Shown: piece by piece, positions 1 through 12,309 of the stretch
How the letters are laid out: every line of letters begins with the position of its first letter
How positions within the stretch are numbered: position 1 is the first letter of the stretch
Notes under the pieces: model-generated
What the model was told of the DNA's origin: nothing
Databases searched by the model: none
What the model saw: the letters and a program-made list of their open reading frames with translations, nothing else
Program-made: the position numbers and the translations under genes
DNA from: Rhina ancylostomus
Lineage: Eukaryota
NCBI GenBank assembly: GCA_030265395.1
Contig: JARFYF010000084.1
Coordinates: 62,486,507-62,550,506, forward strand
Length of the DNA: 64,000 nt
Direction: 5' to 3'

Positions 1-1390
1 AGCAGCATGTTCCTGTTAGGGTGAAGGGTAAACCCGGAAAGTTTAGAAAACCTTGGCTGATGAGAAATATTGAGGTTCTGATAAAGAAAAAGAAGGAAGC
101 GTACATTGGGTTGAGGAGGTTAGGAACAAGTGAATCCTTGATGACTGTAAAAAGATTAAGAATACTCTTAAGAGGGAAATCAGGAGGGCAAAGAGAAGGA
201 ATGAAATGGATCTGGCAGGTAAGGGTAAGGAAAATCCCAAGAGGTTCTATAGCTATATTAAGATTAAAAGGGTGGCTAGGGAGAGAGTAGGTCCCCTTAG
301 AGATCAGCAGGGCCGCCTATGTCTCAAGCCATAGGAGATAGGTGGGATTATTAACGATTATTTCTCCTTGGTGTTTACTGAGGAGAAAATCATGTTTGCT
401 CAAGAGTTAAGAGAAACTACTGGAGATGTTTTGGAGGACATTCATATTATCAGGGAGGAGGTATCTGCAGCCTTACAGTGCATTAGGGTGGATAAATCCC
501 CAGGGCCAAGAGTGCATTCTTGGACTTTGTAGAAGGCTAGAGAAGAAATTGCAGAGGCCCTTGTGGAGATATTTGCTTCATCGTTAGCCACTGGTGAAGT
601 TCCCAAAGACTGGAAGGAGGCTAATGTTGTTCAAGAAGGGTAGCAAGGACAAGCCAGGGAACTACAGGCCAGTCAGCCTGACATCAGTGGTGGAGGGAAT
701 TCTGAGGACAGGATCTACCAGCATTTGGATAGACTCTGATTAGGAGGAGTCAGCACAACTTTGTGCATGGAAAATTGTGCTTGATGAACCTCTTGGAGTT
801 TTTTGAAGAGGTAACCGAAAAGGTAGATGAGGTTAGGCAGTGGACGTTGTCTATTTGGGCCTTCGACGACATCCCGCATGGTAGGCTGGTCTGGAAGGTT
901 AGGTTGCGTGGAATCCAGGGAGAGCTGGTTAGGTGGATTCAAAACTGGTTTGAAGGCAGGAACCAGAAGGCGCTGGTTGAAAGTTGTTTCTTGAAATGAA
1001 GGCAGGTGATTAGTGGTGTGTCGCAGGGGTCTGTGTTGGGACCCTTGTTACTTGTTATTTATACAAATTATTTGGATACGAATGCACAAGGCTTGATCAG
1101 TAAATTTGTGGATGACACAAAATTACAAAGTGCTGTTGATAGTGAAGGAGGTTATCATAGAACACGGGGATCTTGATCAGTTAGGGAAGTGGGCTGAAGA
1201 GTGGCAAATGGATTTCAATACAGACAAATGTGAGATGATACATTTTGGAAAGTCAAACTAGCATAAGACTTGTACTATGAATGGTAGCACACTAATGGAA
1301 CAGGAAATTGGGATTATAGGTGGGCACAGTGGTTGGCATGGACTCGTTAGGCTCAAGGGCCTGTGACTGTGCTGTTTTGCTCTATGACAC
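1..1390 (+). mobile_element. CR1-type LINE, degraded ORF2 (RT) and 3' tail
   Basis: Frameshifted RT pieces: NYRPVSLTSVV, CLMNLLEFFEEVT, GIQGELVRWIQNW, SGVSQGSVLGPLL, SKFVDDTKL. CR1-like tail at ~1320-1388. Confidence 0.88.
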
Positions 1391-3042
1391 AGATGCTCTC
1401 GTTGATGTTAATTCCAAATGTTTTATTTAGGTGACATAATTCTGTCTAAAACACTTATTTCAGTCATACATATCCTAATATTTAAAATCTGTATGCTAGT
1501 TTTTGAACCCTTTGGCAAACAGATGTGGTGCAGTACACTTTTTTAAGAATCTGAAATCCTAGATCACATTAAAAACAACACTTCCAAAGGGAATCATTTT
1601 TATTTTGAGAGCAAATATCAGGAAATATAGCTGCGTTATTGGCTTCAAGGAACATTGTAAGATGCACAGGATATAACCCCCACAAGTTAAGTGATCCTGT
1701 CACTCAGGCTGTAAACTGTACTCACTACTGAGGTGGCAGAGGGGATGAGCTATTTGATTTGGGATTAAACAGGTGATATTGCTACAGTTTCAGCACTTCT
1801 TTCTTGGATACCTGCAGCAGACATGGCTTTCAAGATGCAATTTGACCAGAGTATTGTATAGTTTTATTACTGCCTTCCCTGACCTTTTTGCTGTGTGGTT
1901 CAACAATCCACTGACATCATTAAATCCCACTCTGTATTATACGTGTTAACCACAGAGCTTATGAAGATTCTAGGTCTNNNNNNNNNNNNNNNNNNNNNNN
2001 NNNNNNNNNNNNNNNNNNNNNNNNAGTATATATCTAATCTGTCTTTGCTAGATGCAGGCAAATGTAAACTTTCTTATACTTCACATTTGACATCACCACA
2101 TGTATTCTGCCTTTGTTCTGTCCATGTCCCATTCATTTTGTAATTTCAGAGCTGTTCCTCCTGTTTTAATTGTCTTTACCAGTTTGGGGTGATCCACACT
2201 TGTTTTGGGCTTCTAGATTCAGAAACCGTGCATCAGTCAGAAACAGTACCAGCCCTAACTCTGTGCTACCAATTTGTAATTGGTTTATTCTTGTCAAATG
2301 TACCAAGGTACAGAGAAACTAGTCTCCCCCACCATTCCCCCCCATTTTGAGATTACGACTCAACAAGTACTCAGTTTCCAAATCTTCTGCCTTTCTTTTT
2401 GTCCATTCCTTTTGGAGCAAACATCATACAAGAACATAAAACATAGGTTGCTCAGAACTCCATTCACAAGTCTGCTAACAAGCAGACTATTCTATATACA
2501 AATCAGAATAATTCCACCAGATGAAACATTGACTGCATTAATGATAACAAATTTAAATTTAACGATATTGATTTAAAAAGTAGAATCTTAGATATAAACT
2601 TCTCAACATTTATTCAGTTCATTATCTTGACTGTTAGACTAAATCTTTCACAAGATACTATTATTTCATCTGGATTTCCAATTCCACATCCAATCTGCCT
2701 ACAAATAATGACAAAACTCTGGTTTGTATTTTGGGCTGAATCCAAGGCAGTAATGGAACTCTTCAAAATGAAGAGGTAACAACATTTAATACCTTTAGAA
2801 TCCTGCATAATTTAAAAACAAAACCAGACAAATAATGCAGGAATTTTCTCACTTTTAACTAATAAAATCCAAGAAAATTTCTAAAGCCTACATGGAAAAT
2901 AATGTCTTTTCCATTAAAAAAATCACCACCAGTAATTGTTAACCATGCAGAATATCTTTGATAGGTTGGGGTCAAGTTTGCCTTTATCCTCTCCACCCCT
3001 CCCCTATCTTCTCTGTCATTTAAAACTAACTTAAAGAAAAGC

Positions 3043-3322
3043 AAAAACTGCTGGTAGGACTCAGGTCAATGGAAAGAGAAATAGTTAATGTTTCAGGTCA
3101 GAGACCCTTCATTAAAACTTAACTTGTTTCCTGCCTTCCCTGTTTCTGTCAAAGTGTCGTCAACCTGAAATGTCAACTCCGTTTCTCTTTGTGTATAATT
3201 GTTGGAAGCAAGCTCAAAAAACACTTTGGAATTTCAATGGCTAAATATTAAAAATGGTGAAGAATCAGGATCACTTGCTGACAGACCTGCTGAATATTTC
3301 CAGCATTTTCTGTTTTAATTTG
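3043..3322. mobile_element. Small fold-back Penelope-derived element (two inverted terminal arms, degenerate hammerhead cores)
   Basis: The left arm on the - strand and the right arm on the + strand both resemble the Penelope terminal sequence at 11262-11355 and 25900-26000. Confidence 0.55.
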
Positions 3323-5369
3323 AGTTTAGGGATTAGCTATGAATTTACTGAAAGGCAGCTCAGGCTTGCAGGGTCACAACCCATCCCTGGTTTTAATTCT
3401 TAAACTCCTCTTAATGGGAAGTGGGATTAGTCATGTAGTAAGATCATGGATTTACTGAAATTGTAAATATGCCACATAGCTGATTTGCATGCATCTAGGA
3501 AGTACCTACTTGCTTCAGTTAGAAATTGACACCCACTACTTCACTAAAAACTGAGATAAGGGTTAATTTTCCCAAGGATTAATTTTCTGCCATTACATCT
3601 GTGCTTTTAACTATAGCCATAGCAGAAAGGAGATGAAAGTCATCCCTCACCCTTCACATTTAATCTTCTGTATTTGAAATGGCAACATTATTTTTGAGCT
3701 TACTTCCAACAATAATGTGCAGAAATTAGTGAGTTCTTCTAACAAAGTCATAATAGCAAAATTATTTCCTGTGGAAATTTATCCAGTTGATTTTATTGCA
3801 CTGCCATCTGAAAAAGGTTATCTTTGTCTGTATTGGAAATGCATTAGCAATAATATGGTTTTAAAATAATGCCATTCAGAATATGGAATACTCCAGGTCA
3901 AAGCTTAAAGTGGAGGTGACCTGCATTTACAGAAGATATTTTCATGTTTATGAACCTGAAGAATCACTGACATATTCTTAAACACTTTGTTCTTCAATGT
4001 AGGTCAATCTTCTCCATTTTGAAGAAGCATGTCCATTAGTTAAGTTTTCAATTAATCATATGACTTTAAAGGTTGTGCAGTGTTGTGTCATGAAAAAATG
4101 TCTCAATTTGGTACATATGAGTCACCTCCTAGTCCCTACAGTTGTTCATTAGAAACAGTTTCCTGCTGCTCTAGATAAACCAATTATCAAAAAATTTAAC
4201 CATGTGCTTGTGGTTTGACAAATAAAGTTACCCACTGTTTTCATAATTTTATGAAACTTTAGTGATACCTTATGATACAGGCTATGAAAAGTTATGCCAA
4301 CTTAGTGTTGTGCTGTAATGTATTTTAATGAGTACATGACATTAACAGATTGTTTACAACTTGCCTAATTTACATATTGATTACGGTCTTCATCCTGATA
4401 TTTATCCAGCCACATGTAAACAAGTTGTGTTCAAGTAATCGCTGATTTAGCTCTTTGCAGTCAGATACACAAAATAGATCCAGTTTATGTACATGTAGAG
4501 CTGTCAGAAGAAACCATACATTGTAGAGATGGTGTAATCTTTCATTTTCACAACAATGAAGTGTAAAAGGAAAAGAAAAATGTTTCTATCTCAAGGCACA
4601 ACATCTAACCACCGCTGTTCCAATAAAGTATCATTAAATTTGTCACTGTAACATAGTTCAAGTAGTAGTCAATTTGTACCCAGCAAGATCCCAAGATATC
4701 AATGTGATAAGTGATCAGATTTTTAATAATATTGGTAGAGGGATAGTTATCAGAAAAAATATTGTTTTCTTTAATATGTTGCTATGGTGGTCAAGATATT
4801 GTTTTAATATAACACATGAAATATTACATACCCAAAACTGGAGCACTTCCTCACTGCAGACTTCTTGTTTTGGCTTAGATTATGCACCTCTGGAATGGGA
4901 CTCAGACCATCAGACCTTGAAATGAGGGAGCACTGGAAGGGCTTGACTGAGTTGATACGGGAAAATTGTGGAAGAATAGATAAACACTGAAATTTGCAGT
5001 CAAAGTTAATTTAGAGATTGAAATCACAAAGCAAAACTCTGGATGATGGAACTTTTGGATATTAGTATTGATGGGAAATTAATTTCAGGATACTGAAAAA
5101 GCTCTTAATTTAAAGCAGAATAAATGGGCAAAAGTGCCATAAAAAGGAGACTAAAATCAACTACCAAAAAGGTTAAATAGAATAGAACAATCTTCCAATC
5201 TGCTGCGATGCATGTCCCAACTTCTACAACCTGCTTTCAGCTGCACTGAAATGACATTGGAAGGACTTTAATAATGGATGAGTTTAAGATAGAGTTTGAA
5301 TACTTTCTTTCAAGACAAGATAAGCAGCTTGCTGAAAATCTGGTGACAAACTATTGGTCTTTTGCAGAG

Positions 5370-6330
5370 GTCTCCATAGCAAAATCCCAGCTGAGTAAGT
5401 CCCTTCAGAAGAAGGCAGCTGAATTACAGAGTCCCAAGCAACCTGACATGTTGTCATTTGCAACTCTCACTGCAAAAGCCACTGTTCTGTGAACCTCACT
5501 ACTATTTCTCATTACAGATTGAATGGTGGATGTGGTGGGCAACATTAATGTGTCACAAGGTGAATTAAGAACCCTGTGCTTTTGTGAGAGATTCATCCAG
5601 GATAGTATCTGAGGAGCAACACTCACCAACATTATAACCTTGCAAACCAGCTGAGTAAAGAGTGGTGGATCATGATGAGATGCAGTGGAAGAATCAGGTT
5701 AAGAAAGCAAAGTGCTCCAAGGGACAACTCAGGAGAAAAGATATACAGCTCTGGATTCCCTTGCTGCACCATGAGAATACTGAAGTGATATTAGAGGGAA
5801 GATGGGTCACCTTTAAGAATGCAACTTCCTTGCCAGGTTTTGGCCTCTTACAAGAATGGAGAAGAGCAAAGGATTTGAGACCATTTCATTGATTTTACTC
5901 ATAGGATTTGTTGACAAGCACTAAAAACTGCACATTCAGTGACTGGAAACTTTCTCCTGTTGAAAAGAGTGAGAAAACCTTAACCATATGAGTGCCAGCT
6001 TTAAGGTGAAACCTGTGAATCTGGGGAATTTGATGGCTCATTCTTTTTGTCCTACACAAGATGTCATTTTTGATCAAGGTACAGAAGAGGGCATCTGCAG
6101 GGACTCAAAGCTCCCTGGCTGATGAAGGTTCCCCATGGATAGCTGGCAGGAACTATTCTCTGGGGAATTAAGGGGTGCTTCTGGAAAGTGAACCAGTGAT
6201 CCAGGTCTACCTGTGGCATTTCAAAGGGTGGTCTATACCTTCCCAGGTGAAGCAAACTAAACTCATTGCTCCTTCAACAGTTTCTAGAATCTTCATTGTT
6301 TCCTTTTGAGTTGTTGGAATGAGTCTCAGT
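5370..6330 (+). pseudogene. Possible very old Harbinger transposase remnant
   Basis: Scattered weak pieces (TLTAKATVL, GNINVSQ, RRAKGF, KAPWLM) in the order expected for a HARBI1-like DDE transposase. Heavily decayed. Confidence 0.3.
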
Positions 6331-6744
6331 TCAATCTCAAACTGTTCTTCCTACATCCACTAACATGCCTCAATATCCATAACAATACAGAATATGAATG
6401 CCCAGTGGAAAACAAAACTCTTCTGACCCACTTGAGTCCAACCCTTTCCCAACATACTGACCCTATAATTAGTCTTGAACATTAGGTAAAAAAAATAGCA
6501 AGCCTCAAACATTCTTCACACTTTTACTGGTATGGAAAGAACTTCATTTGTCATTTGTGTTCAGGAAGTTTATGCACTTACAAGTCTTAACCAAGATTCA
6601 GCACAGTAAGTTCAAGCCTTTTGACAAACATTGACAAACTAGAGATTTTAGAAAAAAAGTGTTGGTATCTATGAAACAAAAATGCCTTCTAAATTGCAGG
6701 ATAGATAGAATAAGATAAAGATTATTTCAAACTACCAACCATAT

Positions 6745-7039
6745 CGTCAGTGTTGATCAAAGAGCAAGCTTATAGAGAACTCAAATACAGCACACTGATA
6801 CAAGACTGGAGTCAGGACACTTCCTCAAGACAAAACACAGGCAGCAACTGGAAGGAATCTTGCCNNNNNNNNNNNNNNNNNNNNNNNNNNNNNNNNNNNN
6901 NNNNNNNNNNNNNNNNNNNNNNNNNNNNNNNNNNNNNNNNNNNNNNNNNNNNNNNNNNNNNNNNCAGCATGGAATCCATGTGCTGGACAACAAGGCATTA
7001 AAAAAGCCAAATTGAGGGCCAGAACTCAGAACCATGACA
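6745..7039 (-). mobile_element. LTR-type insertion, inverted copy of the element at 23645-23961
   Basis: Reverse-complement similarity on both sides of a 100-N gap. Ends in ...ACCATGACA. Flanks CATAT/CATTT may be a decayed TSD. Strand is given relative to the 23.6 kb copy. Confidence 0.65.
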
Positions 7040-8479
7040 CATTTTTTTTAATTTTCAGATTACTAATATATCAAACACCAACAGAAAGAAGCTGAAGCAT
7101 AACTTTTAATTATATTATCATTCTTACCCACTCATTACAACACAGAAAGAAGCTACTTGACCCATTGTTCCATATCAGTTCCCAGCCATGCAATCCTATC
7201 AGTCCCATTCTCCCTTTCTTTATCTCCTTGTAGCTTTGCAACTTGTTCTTTCTCCTTTGCCCACTAAGTGATGCACCACCATGCTGCCCCCTAATTCATT
7301 TGAAACTTAGCATGAAGAATTTTGAGCAGAAATATCTATATTCATATCCAGGTAAGATGATGAACATATTGCTGCCGCAAAGCAATTCTGCTTTAGTGGA
7401 AGAAAGTTAAGGGGCTTTGCTTAAGCTGATACTTTTAAAAGTACAAGTATTCTGAAGTACTTCAGAGTTATTATCTTTTTTCAACAAACCACTGCAATGT
7501 TAATCCTTGAAAAATATTCTGCAAATCTAAATATTTGCTTGGTACTGCACCTTTAGACTTTGCTGAGACCATTTATATTGTGAAACATTGACTGCAGTTT
7601 TATTTGTTGTAAAGTGTTCTGGGATATTATCAGATTGTGAATGTTCTTTCCTTTTCTTTCCAATCTGTAATATCATTCTGGATCCTTCTTTCATTAGAGC
7701 TGTCTAATTGGCTGTGTTTTTCAATATAATATTGCATTGTCACATCATCTGTGTCTGAAAATCAAGCCAAAGTTACCAACTGGATAGAAGATATTTTCCT
7801 TTTCCACCCCTCATAACCAATTGATGCCAGCACTGCACATGTTCCAACTGGTTCCTACATAAAATGGAAAACAGGGTCTTATATATGTTGAAGAATCCTG
7901 ATGTCCATATTAAAAGGGGCTAATCATTGGAAGACAGTAGACAGTTTAGGCAGGGGGTCTCTTATGATATGAAGTTGACATCATTACCCATTTTAACAGA
8001 TCAGTGAGGCTATTTTGAGACCATTACTGCCCCTTGAAGCCAGCTAAGAATACTCAAGTCAGCTCTGTGTTTGAGCACAGATATGAAGCAGACAGAGGTG
8101 AATCTAAGGGTTGGAGAGAGGGTGACAGTGCTTGAGGAAGAAAGGTGCAGGGATGGTGAAGATCAAGGATGAAAGGCATCAAAAGAAAGTGGGTGATGGG
8201 TGGCAGAATGGGGAGGATGCAATAAGTAATGGCATTTGTGTGTGACCCAGCTGTATGTGTATCTGAGTGTATGTGTACCAAAGGGGACCAATTCACTTGT
8301 TCACTCATTTGTGGATGTTAATGTCCATGCAGCAGAGCCTGGTCTCCAAGGCATCTTGGACCCCATTGCCACTGGATCAAGAACTTACTCTCTTAAGTCA
8401 TCCAACCCACATTAAAATAAATGACACACAGGCAGTTTCCACTCCTCAATGTGAAGTTAGGGACCTGAACCATAAGGAC

Positions 8480-9525
8480 CCTCCTGGATGGTCCTAGTTG
8501 TGACAGACCTGTCACTATGCTATCATAGCTTGTCAACTCTGACACTCTGATTTTGGCATCACTGCTCTGACTGTGACACAATGGCCTGCTCCAAAGAAAT
8601 GGACACACCTTCTTTTGGAAGGGCAAACCGGAAGAGTAATGTCACCTTCTTGGAGTGAGCTTTACCATTGTGAGAGAGTTAGTCTGGCAGCTCGGTGATT
8701 TCCCCCATGGGATAAGTGAGCCTTCTGCTCACTGTAATATAGAGTTAACACGCTACAGTCATCAGCACATGCACCAACCCTGTGAGCACAGGGTGTGAAC
8801 TTCCTTAGGAAAAACTTGACCTCACATTCTGATGGATCCAAGCTGACACTCCCAAGCAACTTCAAAGACGCAATCCTCTGGCAAGCTATACATGGCAAAG
8901 ATATTTTTCATCATAACCAAGACCAATTTCATCAGAGACAAGCACAAGACCTTGATTCAAGTGAGAAATTGCAAGAATGTCTGTATCACCTGAACCATGA
9001 GTGGTCCTGATGAATGTTGGACTGAAACTTCTTAGACAGGTCCTCACAGACAACCTGACAGCCCCAGCAGGAGCCACAGAGTGTCCATAAATAATGCCTG
9101 TGAAGAGATTCAACTTCTCTACCAGATATAACCAAGACTAGTTTGATGCAAATGATCAGGATATCGAGGAGCTAACTGCAAGCACAAGGCATTCTTGGAT
9201 TGGAGACTGTACTACCTCAATGTGACTGCACTGTGTAATGAATTGACCTGTACGATCGGTTTGTAAGACAAGCTTTTCACTGTACCTCGGTACAAGTGAC
9301 AATAATAAACCAATACCGATATGAATACCCTTTAGGGGAGAAAGAACCAGTGCTACAGGGACCTGAAGACTGAGATTTAACAGAAAACCCATAAGCAAAA
9401 TAACAGATGGTAGATGGAAAGAGTGCAGGAACCCATGGTTGATAACCATGATATCCTCAAATTTTTCAGTTCTGCGAAAGTGACTCCCAAGGACCCACTT
9501 TGCTGAGAGCCACAAATAGACATGG
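8480..9525 (+). mobile_element. RTE-clade LINE 5' fragment (endonuclease region), interrupted by a LINE 3' tail at ~9205-9325
   Basis: GHTFFWKGKPEE motif and a degraded QDWFDxNDQ-like segment. The inserted tail ends in AATAATAAACCAATACC. Confidence 0.6.
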
Positions 9526-11261
9526 ACTTATCAAGGGCAGACAGGCAGTCAGAACCTGATGGTAGAAACATTTCAAAGTTTAATTTCATTGGAATAATTT
9601 CATTAAATCTCTTCTGCATCTTCTCTGAAGTCTTCATGATTTTGTTTCTCAAGAGTGGTTCTCAGATTGGACACAATACTCCAGTCACGGCTGAATCAGT
9701 GTTTTGTTCATCATGACTTCTTTGCTCTTGTTGTACTCTATACCTTTATTTATAAAGTACAGGATCTTGTATACCTTTTAACCACTCTCCTGCCCTACCA
9801 CTTCCAGGAAATTCTACACATCTAATCCCAGATCACATATCCCCCAAAACATCCTTAAGTGCTATAAATTAGAGAAAAGCATTCGGGTTAAATAAAGTAA
9901 ATATGAACAACCCATTTACCTGCATTCAATTTTTCAATCAAGGATGTCAATTGTTCTCAAATGAAAGGGATTGTGCTCCAAATGCCAAACATTCCCAGTG
10001 TAAAATTGAGGAGATGAAAGTGAAGTTCAGAAAACCCTCACCTCAGTATGCTTGTGCCTCAGCCATGGACCCTGTGCTGAGCCCGGCAGTGGAATGTGGC
10101 GGGGGCGGGGGCTGGGGCATTCAGAAGTACTGGCATCAGACTTCCAGCTCATTCCTGACTTCTACGTTGTAATGCCCAGCTGTGAATGTCATGAAGAAAC
10201 TGACCTGCAAACTGCAGCCTGTTAGCGGTTCTCTATACGGAACTAAGGGTTGAGAAGAAGCACAATCTGGTCCATTATCTTGATAGTTTACTGCAGAGTA
10301 TTGCCTAAACCATTCTTACTAACTTTATGCCTACCTTTGACATATCAACTTGTAATGAATGAAGACCAGCTATTGTTGATTTACTTTGAACACTTCAACT
10401 GGCTTAATAATCTCAGTTTTATTTCACATGAGAAAATAAGATCAACCTACACTTTGAGAATGCCTGCTGCTGAGTATTAAATGCTGCTAATTATATTGTC
10501 ATTGGTATTTAGTAAAGAAATATTGGTAATATTTTTGCGGTACAACTTCTTCAGGTTATTTTAAAGTTTAGTTAAATCCTTTGCTGACAAGTTTCCAGAT
10601 TTAGCAGTAACTTTAGAATCTTGTACAAACTTGAAGGGACTGTTGATTTACTGCCTTCTGTGATGCTTGTGGATTTATTGTGCTATGAATCTCCAAGCAC
10701 TGTTGTACAATCAATTCTTCATCTGTTATCTGTTTCCTAAGATCCAACCTTACTTTTGTTTTCTGAATTATTTGTTTTCTCTCCTTAGCTGGTAAAGCTC
10801 TGAAATGTTAAATCTCTTTCAACTTCTGTAACTTTCTCGAACTCTTAAAGGATAGAGAAAGTTAGAATAAATGCATCTTAAGCCAGCATGTGAAAGCAGA
10901 GGGCTATCTGTAGCTAAAAAATACGATATAGCTCCTTATAGTGGTTAAAACTTGGTTGAAAGAAGAAACATTCTTAATTTGGCAGTCCTGCCATTAGCTA
11001 AAGCCATATAAATGGAAAGGGTTTTCAAAATTAAACCAGGAAACGACTAACCTTTATTGGGATTGACATCGCTATTATTACTCTATCTGAAACCATTTGC
11101 TTTCTCTGAAGTTCTTCCAATGGTTTGAGTCAAAGTATCATATTTGATCCTTATGATATTCAAATCAAACCCTGATGATATTATTTCAATCTTCTTGTAA
11201 TAACTTTTCTACCTGACAATATTGCTTTGAATGTGTGCATGTCAAACCCTTATAATGAAGT

Positions 11262-12309
11262 AAAAACAAACTGCTGGCAGAATTCAGCAGTCAAGCAGCA
11301 TCAATGGACCCAGAGGAATAGTTGACATTTCAGGTCTAGACCCTGCATCAGAACTGAGAGTCTGGAGGTGAGATAGCCAGCATAAAGAGGTGAGAGGGAG
11401 GGGTGAGGTAGGAGCTGGCAGATAATTGGTGGAACCAGGTGAGGAGGAGGATGATGGGCAGATGGAGCTAGTAGGGGATTGGATGGGAGAGCTGAAGGTA
11501 GGGGAAGAAGGGAGGGTGAGAAAACCTGGTTGGATCAGAAAGAGAGAGTTTCCAGTTGTCCTCATCCTGGCAGCTCAAGATGGCCACTGCAGACAGAGAG
11601 CAGGTGCCTGGCAAAGCAGTTGCCTCATCTATACTTTGTCTTGATGATGTAGAGGAGGCCACATTACAAGCATTGAATGCAATAGACAAGGTTGGAGGAG
11701 GTGCATATGAATCTCTGCCTCACCTAGAAGGGCTGATTTGGTATCTGGATGGTGATGAGGGTGGAGGTGTAGGGACAGATGTTGTACCTCCTACGGTTGA
11801 AGGGGAAAGTGCCAAGGGATGAGGAGTAACAGTACCTCATATTCCGCCTGTGTAGTCTACAACCCAATGGTATGGACATTGAATTTTCCAGTTTCAGATA
11901 ACCCACACCCCTTGTCTTCCTTTCTCTCTCCTTCTGATCCACCCAGATTCTCTCACCCCCCCCTTCTTTCCCCCACCCCCCACAGCCCCCTTTTATTCAA
12001 TTTCTTTCCTCTCCCCACCTGGTTCCACCTGGCCATCACCCACATATTTAATTCACTGGATCTCCTATCTCCTCCTCCACTGGTTCCACCTGTCCATTAT
12101 CCCTCCCTTATCTGGTTCTATTTATCACCAATCTGCAGCCCTTTGTTGTCTCTACTTATTACCTTCCGGATTCTGTCCCTACCTTCACCCTCCCCTCCCC
12201 CACCTGGTTCAACTATCTCTCTGCCTCCGCAGATGCTGCCTGACCCACTGAATTCCTCCCGCAGTTTTTTTTTTGGTCCAGGTTCGAGCATCTTCATTCT
12301 CTTGTGTCG
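11262..12309. mobile_element. Penelope-like element with inverted structure (GIY-YIG fragment on -, ORF C-terminus and tail on +)
   Basis: - strand reads TFPFNRRRYNICPYT...RQRFICTSSNLVYCIQC..CGLLYI. + strand from ~11830 reads QYLIFRLCSLQPNGMDIEFSSFR*. Both ends carry the GATGCTGC..GAC..CTGAATTC terminal motif. Confidence 0.8.
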
